This document shows, in pieces, positions 55,708 to 64,000 of a stretch of DNA of 64,000 nt. Position numbers and translations under genes: made by a program. Source of the DNA: Rhodothermales bacterium (GTDB lineage: Bacteria > Bacteroidota > Rhodothermia > Rhodothermales > Bin80); assembly GCA_965200955.1 (NCBI GenBank), contig OZ241742.1, forward strand, positions 2,951,072 to 3,015,071. Reading direction: 5' to 3'. Below the pieces are notes generated by a model. The model was given only the letters and a program-made list of their open reading frames with translations, had not been told where the DNA came from and ran no database searches. Position 1 is the stretch's first letter. Every line of letters starts with the position of its first letter.

Positions 55708-58700
55708 TTATGCAGCAATGGCCACCTGACTGTTTTCTTTGGAGAGACGCTCTAATGCGTTTCGATATTCTATCGGCATGACCATTACAAAATCTTCTAA
55801 GATGCTCTCCCAGTTCTCTAGGGTCCACTGGGCGGCAACACTTCCAGTCAATTGCAAGTGATTTTCGATCATGATCTTCAACTCGCGGATATTCTCAGGT
55901 TGATCTACAGGCAACAACTCCACCGATTCCATATTGCAGCGTCCATTTCTGAATTCTTTTGTGCCATCAACAACATAAGCAATTCCTCCACTCATACCCG
56001 CGGCAAAGTTTCTGCCCGTTTCTCCAAGAACAACAACACGCCCCCCCGTCATATACTCACATCCATGGTCCCCGACAGCCTCCACAACAGCAAGAACTCC
56101 ACTATTTCTGACACAGAACCGTTCACCAGCCCCCCCATGAATATAGGCTTCTCCACTCGTAGCCCCATAGAATGCTACATTGCCAACCGTGATATTTCGA
56201 TGGGGTGTGTATGTGGCTTGAGGGGGAGGAGAAATGATGAGTTTTGCACCCGAGAGTCCCTTTCCAAAATAATCGTTTGCATCCCCAAGAATATTGAACG
56301 TGATCCCCCTTGTTGCGAAAGCTGCAAAGCTTTGACCTCCTGAGCCAGTACAATTAAACGTAATGGTGTCATCACTAAGTGGATGATCACGAAAACGCTT
56401 GGATATTTCGTGACTTAGCATGGCACCAACGGTTCGATTGGTGTTTCTTATCTCAATGTCGGCCAAAACATGTTTTCTGTGATTCAATGCAGGTTTGGCG
56501 AGTTGGATGAGCTCATGATCCAGTGCACCATCAAGTCCATGATCCTGTTCAGTGGTGCTAAACTTCTGGAGGATCTTGGGCACCTTCGGGTGGACAAGGA
56601 TTTTAGATAGATTCAGGTGACGTGCCTTCCAGTGCGTTATATTGCGCCGTGGTTTCAGGAGATCTACCCGCCCACACATTTCCTTGAGGGTCCTGAATCC
56701 AAGCTTCGCCATAATCTGCCGAAGCTCTTCGGCAACAAAATGCAAGTAGTTCACCACATGCTCTGGCTCCCCTGCAAATTTTTTGCGAAGTTCTGGGTCC
56801 TGAGTTGCAATCCCGACGGGGCATGTATTGAGATGACATTTTCGCATCATAATACATCCTAATGCCACCAGTGGGGCGGTTGCAAATCCAAATTCGTCCG
56901 CTCCCAATAGTGCGGCAATAGCAACATCCCTGCCGGTTTTCATTTGACCATCACATTCCACAACAATACGGCTACGCAGTCCGTGGTTGACTAGGGTCTG
57001 ATGGGTCTCAGATAGTCCCAGCTCCCATGGAAGCCCCGCGTGCATGATAGATGTCTTGGGAGAGGCACCCGTACCACCATCGGTCCCACTGATCAGTACC
57101 ACATCCGCTTTTCCCTTGGCGACACCAGCTGCAACCGTCCCCACCCCCACTTCAGAAACGAGTTTTACACTAATCCGTGCACTTGAATTGGCATTTTTCA
57201 AGTCATGAATCAGTTGTGCCAAATCTTCAATCGAGTAGATATCGTGATGAGGAGGTGGAGAAATCAGTCCTACGTACGGAGTTGAGTGCCGGAGTCGAGC
57301 AATCCAGGGATATACCTTGTTGCCTGGTAGTTGCCCCCCTTCGCCCGGTTTTGCACCCTGTGCAATCTTAATTTGAATTTCATCAGCACTTTCAAGATAA
57401 TCAATGGTGACTCCGAACCTGCCCGATGCGACCTGCTTAATTCTACTGCGCCTCGGATTGTCTCGGCCATATCGCTCTGGGCCCTCTCCTCCTTCGCCCG
57501 TATTACTCTTACCACCGATCTGATTCATCGCAATGGCAAGCGCCTCATGGGTTTCACCGCTAATAGAGCCATTAGACATGGCACCCGTCTTGAACAACTT
57601 CACAATTTCAGTCCAGGGCATAACCTCATCAAGATCAATAGACTCTGTATTTTTATAGTCAAAGGTCAAAAGCCCTCTGAGGGTATTGACATCGCCCTTG
57701 TTGATCTCATCAGAAAAAGCTTGATAGGAATGATGGGACTTGGATCGTGCAGCCTCCTGCATATTCGCTATGGCACTAGGAGAAAAAGCATGACGCTCCC
57801 CTCCCCTGCGCCACTGATATTGTCCACCAACATCCAAAGGATAGATTCCAGAAATTTGTTTTTTAGGAAAAGCCCGCTCGTGACGCAGTTGGACTTCTTG
57901 AGATATGATATCCAGTCCAACACCTCCGATTCTTGATGAAGTTCCACAGAAATACTCGTTCACAAGATCCTCTCCAATTCCTAAGGCCTCAAAAATCTGT
58001 GCGCCCCGATAGCTCTGCAACGTTGAGATCCCCATCTTGGACATCACTTTCAGCAAGCCATATCCTATGGAATAGATATATCGGTCAACAGCCTCGGATT
58101 CAGATATGTCCATGATCCTCTGCTTGCAGACCAAATCACGAACCGTATCCAATGCGACATAAGGACAAATCGCTTCAGCTCCGTAACCAATCAACATGGC
58201 AAAATGATGGACCTCTCTGGGTTCTCCGCTATCGATGATCAATCCGCATCGCAGACGAAGTCCTTTTTTGATCAGGTAATGATGGACTGCACTTGTGCCC
58301 AATAACGCAGGAATAGGAAGATCATCCACCCCAGCACTCCGATCAGATAGCACCACCAGATGGCAACCTTGACTGATGGCCTGTGCTGCTTCCTCTTGAA
58401 GTCGTTCCAATGCCATAGAAAGTTGTCCTGCTCGAAAAGACATGTCCAAAGTAGCCACTCCTGGAATACCAGCATCAATGCTGGCAAGATCTGTTTCGGT
58501 GAGGATGGGTTGTTCAAGTCGCAACTTTGAACAGTGGCGTGGACCTTCATTGAAGAGATTCCCACTGCTACCCAAATTCATCGCAAGAGAGGTCACCATA
58601 TACTCTCGGATGGCATCCAGGGGTGGATTCGTCACCTGGGCAAACAGCTGCTTAAAGTAGTCGTAAAGGAGTCTTGGGCGATCAGAAAGAACAGCAAGAG

Positions 58701-60180
58701 GGGTGTCATTACCCATTGCTCCCAGCGGCTCTTTTCCTTGTTGCCCCATAGGAGCAATCAGCAAACGTAAATCTTCTAGAGTATATCCATACATCTGCTG
58801 ATACTGGATCAACGAGTACTGCGAAGCTCTTGGTTCGCATGGAGGAAGGGAATCCAGCGTAGTTTGATGGTCATTGAGCCAAACTCGATAGGGGGCCCGG
58901 GTTGAAATTTGATCCTTGATTTCCTCGTCATCAATCAGTCGCCTTTCCTCCAAATCAATGAGAAACATGCGCCCTGGCTTGAGTCGACCTTTCTGTAGGA
59001 CATTGGACTCAGCGATGTCACCTACGCCGGTTTCCGAAGCTAGAATGACATATCCATCCTTGGTGACGGTATAGCGGGAGGGGCGTAACCCATTACGATC
59101 CAACAATGCACCCGCGAAGCGGCCATCGGTGAAGAGTACATCAGCGGGACCATCCCATGGATCCATCAAGTTGCTGTGATACTGATAGAACGCACGCTTG
59201 TCGTCAGACATGTGTTCTGCACGCTCCCATGCTTCAGGAATCAGCATCATCATGGCATGTGGTAAAGATCGTCCAGTATGATACAGCAGCTCCAGAGCAT
59301 TATCCAGGGCCATAGAATCACTTCCTCCCTCACGAATGACGGGGACAAGTTTCTTAACATCTTCTCCAAAGTCTTCACTTCTGAACATCACCTCCGCGGC
59401 ATGCATTTGATTGATGTTACCCCGCAGGGTATTGATTTCACCATTGTGACATAGAAAACGAAATGGCTGTGCCAATGACCACTCTGGAAATGTATTGGTA
59501 CTAAAACGAGAGTGGACCATTGCGAGGGCACTTTTAAAGCGTGCGGAACCAAAGTCAGGAAAGTATTGAGTGATTTGGGTCGGCATCAGCATTCCCTTGT
59601 AGACCATGGTATAGCCCGAAAGACTTGCTACATAGGCCCCATCAAGGTGATGGGTAATCACATTTTTCTGGAAGATTTTTCGAATCACATAGAGTTGGCG
59701 TTCAAATGCTTGGGTGGTAAGAGTATTGTGGCGATGGATGAAACATTGCCAGATATGCGGCTCCGTTTCTTTGGCACTTGGTCCGATCGCGTTGGAATCC
59801 ACAGGAACTTGCCGCCATGCAAAGATCTGGGTTCCAAAAGATGCAACGATCTCTTCAAGCAGTGTCTTGCATTGAGATTCATATTTTGCGGGAACGAAGA
59901 GTGTCCCAGCCCCATAGTCACCAAGGTCGGGAAGGTGTGAAACCTCCCGTTCAAAGAACTCATGGGGTAACTGGATTAGAATTCCAGCACCATCGCCCGT
60001 TGATTCATCACAACTGCAAGCACCTCTATGGTTGAGTTCTTCCAGTATTTGCAATCCTTTTTTGATGACTCCGTGCGATGGTGTTCCATCCACACGGCAG
60101 TACAGGCCGACACCGCAGGCATCGTGCTCAAATGCAGGATCATACAAGCCTTCAGATCTAATCATCTTTCGTTCGTTCAA
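55708..60180 (-). CDS. gltB: glutamate synthase large subunit
   Basis: 1490 aa. YDPAFEHDACGVG is the Ntn amidotransferase Cys. The FMN/Fe-S central domain (CHLNTCPVGIATQD) and the GXGXG C-terminal domain are present. Confidence 0.95.
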   Translation of the reverse strand: MNERKMIRSEGLYDPAFEHDACGVGLYCRVDGTPSHGVIKKGLQILEELNHRGACSCDESTGDGAGILIQLPHEFFEREVSHLPDLGDYGAGTLFVPAKYESQCKTLLEEIVASFGTQIFAWRQVPVDSNAIGPSAKETEPHIWQCFIHRHNTLTTQAFERQLYVIRKIFQKNVITHHLDGAYVASLSGYTMVYKGMLMPTQITQYFPDFGSARFKSALAMVHSRFSTNTFPEWSLAQPFRFLCHNGEINTLRGNINQMHAAEVMFRSEDFGEDVKKLVPVIREGGSDSMALDNALELLYHTGRSLPHAMMMLIPEAWERAEHMSDDKRAFYQYHSNLMDPWDGPADVLFTDGRFAGALLDRNGLRPSRYTVTKDGYVILASETGVGDIAESNVLQKGRLKPGRMFLIDLEERRLIDDEEIKDQISTRAPYRVWLNDHQTTLDSLPPCEPRASQYSLIQYQQMYGYTLEDLRLLIAPMGQQGKEPLGAMGNDTPLAVLSDRPRLLYDYFKQLFAQVTNPPLDAIREYMVTSLAMNLGSSGNLFNEGPRHCSKLRLEQPILTETDLASIDAGIPGVATLDMSFRAGQLSMALERLQEEAAQAISQGCHLVVLSDRSAGVDDLPIPALLGTSAVHHYLIKKGLRLRCGLIIDSGEPREVHHFAMLIGYGAEAICPYVALDTVRDLVCKQRIMDISESEAVDRYIYSIGYGLLKVMSKMGISTLQSYRGAQIFEALGIGEDLVNEYFCGTSSRIGGVGLDIISQEVQLRHERAFPKKQISGIYPLDVGGQYQWRRGGERHAFSPSAIANMQEAARSKSHHSYQAFSDEINKGDVNTLRGLLTFDYKNTESIDLDEVMPWTEIVKLFKTGAMSNGSISGETHEALAIAMNQIGGKSNTGEGGEGPERYGRDNPRRSRIKQVASGRFGVTIDYLESADEIQIKIAQGAKPGEGGQLPGNKVYPWIARLRHSTPYVGLISPPPHHDIYSIEDLAQLIHDLKNANSSARISVKLVSEVGVGTVAAGVAKGKADVVLISGTDGGTGASPKTSIMHAGLPWELGLSETHQTLVNHGLRSRIVVECDGQMKTGRDVAIAALLGADEFGFATAPLVALGCIMMRKCHLNTCPVGIATQDPELRKKFAGEPEHVVNYLHFVAEELRQIMAKLGFRTLKEMCGRVDLLKPRRNITHWKARHLNLSKILVHPKVPKILQKFSTTEQDHGLDGALDHELIQLAKPALNHRKHVLADIEIRNTNRTVGAMLSHEISKRFRDHPLSDDTITFNCTGSGGQSFAAFATRGITFNILGDANDYFGKGLSGAKLIISPPPQATYTPHRNITVGNVAFYGATSGEAYIHGGAGERFCVRNSGVLAVVEAVGDHGCEYMTGGRVVVLGETGRNFAAGMSGGIAYVVDGTKEFRNGRCNMESVELLPVDQPENIRELKIMIENHLQLTGSVAAQWTLENWESILEDFVMVMPIEYRNALERLSKENSQVAIAA

Positions 60181-60566
60181 ATGAAGAACCCTCTATCACC
60201 TTGAAAAATGTGAAGATTCTATTTTACTATAATAAGCAATTTTTTGTCCAATTTCATAAACATTATTTAGTGCAAAATTAATCCTTAAACGAAAATTTGG
60301 CTAATTAGTTTAATTATTGCTATTTTTATATAATTAGACCTTAATTTTTACAGACATACTTTTACATATCCGTAAAAATTAAACTTGTTAATTTTCATCT
60401 TAACAGATTTTTAACAAATTTTTTGTAACTTAATTGCGTAAAATGATTGGATTTTTCTTATCTTTGTTCAAAATGACACTATTTAGTGCGTTTTTGTTTG
60501 TTTTTGATGTTGAATCCACTCATTCTACCGAAATTACTTTTCACTAACTTACTTTCTTCGTTTTTT

Positions 60567-61271
60567 ATGTTAAATCGTTTCTTTTTTTATCGCATTGCAG
60601 TGCTTGCTCCGCTTTTCCTCATACCTATGCTGAGTCAGGCTCAGTCAGTTAGTTTGGGGGCCGACTTTGTCAACCGCTATGTCTGGCGTGGTTATGATTT
60701 TGGGAATTCATTCAGTGTCCAACCTGATTTGTCTTTCAGTTCTGGTGGATTCTCTATCGGATCTTGGGCATCTTATTCAATTAGTGCAGATGGAGGTTCT
60801 GCTGATGAGCATGACCTGTATGCTTCCTATAGTATTGGATTGCCTAATTCTGGTAGTATTGATCTTATAGTGACGGATTACTATTTCCCTAACGGCGGGG
60901 ATTGGAGTAATTTTGATAGTGACGGAGAAGGAGCACACTGGATTGAGCTTATGGGATCGGTTACCCTCCCAGAATCGTTCCCTTTAACCTTGGCCGCCGC
61001 CTTCATGGTACATAATGATCCCGATAATTCGCTCTATGTTGAGGGATCTGTACCGTTCTCCGTTGCTGATGTAGAGATGGGATTGACGTTGGGCCTGGTT
61101 GCTGGTAAAAGCAATTTTTATGGCGTGACGGGGACTCATTTAGTCAATTTGGGTATTTCTGCCGGCAAAGAAATCCAAATCACAGAATCCTTCGCATTGC
61201 CGCTATTCGCTGGGTATATCATTAATCCAGCCACAGATAAATCACACTTGGTCTTTGGGTTCTCCCTCTGA
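60567..61271 (+). CDS. TorF-family small outer-membrane porin
   Basis: Signal peptide from the ATG at 60567 (MLNRFFFYRIAVLAPLFLIPMLSQAQS). DFVNRYVWRGYDFGN...GSWASYS is typical of the family. The C-terminus is ...LVFGFSL. Confidence 0.55.
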   Translation: MLNRFFFYRIAVLAPLFLIPMLSQAQSVSLGADFVNRYVWRGYDFGNSFSVQPDLSFSSGGFSIGSWASYSISADGGSADEHDLYASYSIGLPNSGSIDLIVTDYYFPNGGDWSNFDSDGEGAHWIELMGSVTLPESFPLTLAAAFMVHNDPDNSLYVEGSVPFSVADVEMGLTLGLVAGKSNFYGVTGTHLVNLGISAGKEIQITESFALPLFAGYIINPATDKSHLVFGFSL

Positions 61272-61297
61272 TCATTCTTTTTTGTGTCAAATGATTG

Positions 61298-61342
61298 GAA
61301 GGTGTGCAGACAAACTCCGCTCTGCACACCTTCTTTGTGTTT
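61298..61342 (+). terminator. rho-independent terminator of the porin gene
   Basis: Perfect 13-bp stem GAAGGTGTGCAGA / TCTGCACACCTTC with a 10-nt loop, followed by TTTGTGTTT. Confidence 0.8.
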
Positions 61343-61604
61343 AGTCACTCACCAGCCATACGCTGGTACACTTGAATGTGCAGTAACTGTCTCTGGGGTT
61401 CAAGAGGAATTTTTTGCAATCTTTCAAAAATTCATTCGCCTATCAACTCCTACTTGTGATGTATACTCCCCCTTTCTCCTTCTGACATTCTCGTGGTCTA
61501 ACCATTTATGGCCTCTCTACTGGCTCAGTAGTTCTACGATTCATTTACGAATTGCATACTTAAGGCAGGTTGTGTGTATACGGGGCTTATTATGATCTGC
61601 TTAA

Positions 61605-62624
61605 ATGACTGATACAGTTCTTGATCCCGTTTTTGAGATGGGCATTCCCCTTGTTGATCATCTCTCTCGTCAGGAGATTTTTGATCGCTACCGCCAAACG
61701 ATTGGTGATGCTGCTAGAACGCATTGGCAAATCATCTACCTCAAAAGCCATGACAAACAATCTAAAGATATATCTGAGGTCACTGGATACAGCGTTAATG
61801 TGATCCGGAAGATCATCATCCGCTATAACGAGTTAGGTCCCGATGGATTTATTGAAGATAATGCCACCCCCGATCAAGTGAAGTCTGATTACCTCAGAAA
61901 AAGTAATGAACTGGATACCGCTCGGGTTGCCCAGCAGGAGATGCTTTCTGCTACCATCCCCGAACATCCAGAACTCAATATTGATGCTTTTCTCAAAACA
62001 GCTACTGAACTTAGTGGAGACTACTACGATTTCTTCCTTTCAAACGATGGAGTTCTCACGCTTGCCATAGGTGATGCTACTGGCCATGGAACCACAGCTG
62101 GCATGATGGTGGCAGCCACCAAAGCTCTCTTTCAAGGGTCAGCCAATGATTGCGATCTCATCGGTTTGATCCGTACGATGTCAAAAACCATTAAGAGCGT
62201 CAATCTTCCGAGTACCTTTATGCATCTGACTTTGGCACGCTATGATGCTGGGGTACTCAGATTGGTTGGAGCAGGAATGCCTCCTCTACTGATGTATCGG
62301 GATACGACGCAAACCGTTGAAGATATCGTACTCAAGGGAATGCCCCTTGGGAGCTATACCGAATATCCTTATGAAAAAGTAGAAGTTCCGTTTGCTCCAG
62401 GGGATACGGTTTTTTTCATGAGCGATGGACTGTTAGATCTCTTGAGTCCATGTGGAGAAAGGCTCCAGTTGGAACGAGTGAGGCAATTCTTCACTGAAGC
62501 TGCCAATCAATCCCCCAGTGAAATCATTGCTCATATCCGAAAAGGAGGAATTGCATGGCGAGCTGAACGCCCCTTGAAAGATGATGTGACCCTGCTGGTT
62601 TTACAGCGTAAGGCTATCTCTTGA
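61605..62624 (+). CDS. PP2C/SpoIIE-family phosphatase fused to an N-terminal transposase-type HTH domain
   Basis: The C-terminal part has GDYYDFF, IGDATGHGTTAGMMVA, FFMSDGLLD and DDVTLLVL. The N-terminal WQIIYLKSHDKQSKDISEVTGYSVNVIRKIIIRYNELGPDGFIED resembles IS630-type HTH modules. Confidence 0.7.
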   Translation: MTDTVLDPVFEMGIPLVDHLSRQEIFDRYRQTIGDAARTHWQIIYLKSHDKQSKDISEVTGYSVNVIRKIIIRYNELGPDGFIEDNATPDQVKSDYLRKSNELDTARVAQQEMLSATIPEHPELNIDAFLKTATELSGDYYDFFLSNDGVLTLAIGDATGHGTTAGMMVAATKALFQGSANDCDLIGLIRTMSKTIKSVNLPSTFMHLTLARYDAGVLRLVGAGMPPLLMYRDTTQTVEDIVLKGMPLGSYTEYPYEKVEVPFAPGDTVFFMSDGLLDLLSPCGERLQLERVRQFFTEAANQSPSEIIAHIRKGGIAWRAERPLKDDVTLLVLQRKAIS

Positions 62625-62842
62625 GAGAGTCATCACTTGCGATTGATAGCGGTATTCATGGTGAACCCATTGATCCGATTACGAATGCAGGTGGGCTTGT
62701 CAAATTTTCATTTCTGTTTGATGTTACCCATGATTCCGAAACGCCAACGATGTTACATTGGATATCACACATTTAGATGATTCTGTATCTAAATTCATCT
62801 TTGTGCGTTCAAAGCGTTTCACTATCCTATTTATGATTTGTT

Positions 62843-63715
62843 GTGGCTATAATCATTGATGGCAAAGCCATTGCTTCCGAAGTGCGGACAGAGATACGTG
62901 AAGATGTTGATCAATGGGTAGCACTTGGAAACGCCCCTCCCTATCTTGCAGTCGTCTTAGTAGGAGATAACCCTGCATCCGCATCGTATGTTCGTGGGAA
63001 AATTAAAGCCAGTCAAAATGTAGGAATTGCTGGGGATACGTTGACCTTTGATGCTATGATTTCTGAAGAGGAGCTTCTGGAGGTCATTGAAGATCTCAAT
63101 TCCAGCCCCAAAGTGAATGGAATTCTGGTCCAATTACCCCTTCCAAATCATATCAATGCATCTTGTGTGATTGAAGCAATGGATCCAAATAAGGATGTAG
63201 ATGGACTCCACACCGTCAATGCAGGCCGACTAGCCACAGACCAGACAGGATTTGTCCCATGTACTCCTGCTGGAATTATTGAACTTTTGCATCGATCAAA
63301 GATTCCCACTCAAGGGAAACATGCCGTCATTATCGGACGCTCAAACCTTGTAGGTCGACCATTGGGCAACCTTCTCTTGCAGAAGGTCAATAACGCTACC
63401 GTTACCATTTGCCACAGTCGTACGCAGAATCTACCAGACATCTGCCGTCAGGCCGACATTCTTGTTGCTGCCATTGGTCGTGCTGAATTCGTGACAAGGG
63501 ATATGATCAAACCCGGTGCTACTGTCATAGATGTAGGCATCAACCGAGTTGATGCCCCTTCCACTGCTCGCGGATATTATCTGACTGGTGATGTGGACTA
63601 TCAAGCTGCCACAGAGGTTGCTGGTTATATTACTCCCGTCCCCGGTGGGGTAGGTCCAATGACGATTGCAATGCTCTTAAAAAATACATTGATGGCTACT
63701 AAGCAACAAAAATAA
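62843..63715 (+). CDS. folD: bifunctional methylenetetrahydrofolate dehydrogenase/cyclohydrolase
   Basis: GTG start. LAVVLVGDNPASASYVRGK, NGILVQLPLP, VIGRSNLVGRPL, PVPGGVGPMT. Confidence 0.95.
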   Translation: MAIIIDGKAIASEVRTEIREDVDQWVALGNAPPYLAVVLVGDNPASASYVRGKIKASQNVGIAGDTLTFDAMISEEELLEVIEDLNSSPKVNGILVQLPLPNHINASCVIEAMDPNKDVDGLHTVNAGRLATDQTGFVPCTPAGIIELLHRSKIPTQGKHAVIIGRSNLVGRPLGNLLLQKVNNATVTICHSRTQNLPDICRQADILVAAIGRAEFVTRDMIKPGATVIDVGINRVDAPSTARGYYLTGDVDYQAATEVAGYITPVPGGVGPMTIAMLLKNTLMATKQQK

Positions 63716-64000
63716 TGCAAGTTGCACCGCAAGAAACTCAAGTTGCTGATACGACTCAGGTCGCAGATCCTGCATCCACAGCAAGCGACTCGCTGGCCCT
63801 CCTTAGTCCATCGGATACTGTTTCATCTGAGACAGTGACGCTTCCGCAGGCATTCCTAGATGCAGGCACTCTTGTGTATCAGGGACGGTTTTCGGATGCA
63901 TGGTCTGCTGTTTCCATAGATATTGCCTCTGGCATTGCTGGGTTGGCACCAAAAATTGTCGCAGCAATCGTCGTGTTCATCATCTTTTACACGGCATATC
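63715..64000 (+). CDS. hypothetical membrane protein, 3' end outside window (possibly an MscS-family N-terminus)
   Basis: The ATG overlaps the folD stop (TAATG). The frame stays open to the window edge and ends in a hydrophobic helix, LAPKIVAAIVVFIIFYTAY. The function is a guess. Confidence 0.3.
   Translation, partial: MQVAPQETQVADTTQVADPASTASDSLALLSPSDTVSSETVTLPQAFLDAGTLVYQGRFSDAWSAVSIDIASGIAGLAPKIVAAIVVFIIFYTAY

Overview
The window looks like chromosome from a T9SS-bearing FCB-group bacterium (Bacteroidota/Balneolota/Marinimicrobia-like; spot counts give roughly 45-48% GC). This rests on 'NYPNPF...' Por-type C-terminal sorting domains, a TonB receptor plus DUF4249 pair, and rpsF-rpsR-rplI without ssb. 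About 30 housekeeping genes are intact: nadA, lolD-like, a sigma54 response regulator, gap, pgk, sbcB, dsbD, rplI/rpsR/rpsF, prfA, lptB/OstA/lptC, tRNA-Gly, asd, metX, metY behind a SAM-I riboswitch, gltD, gltB and folD. Between these core blocks sit small accessory islets, and almost all of them are decayed. They include a type II R-M pair, an AAA ATPase beside an intact IS with 14-bp inverted repeats and a CTAC target duplication, and a type I-beta DAHP synthase. They also include a roughly 4.4-kb FN3-repeat T9SS adhesin, an OLD-family nuclease, a PIN toxin and several smaller remnants. These carry in-frame stops as well as frameshifts. All three stop codons terminate intact genes, so this is pseudogenisation, not recoding. 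The best candidate for a new system is an AT-rich two-gene cassette at 33702-36719 between prfA and the dead aroF. It pairs a NYN/PIN-like nuclease with a Cys4 insert, split only by a +1 shift in an A7/T7 run, with a 767-aa NACHT-like P-loop NTPase that carries pentapeptide repeats, 11 nt downstream. All family calls come from motif recognition by eye; no searches were run.
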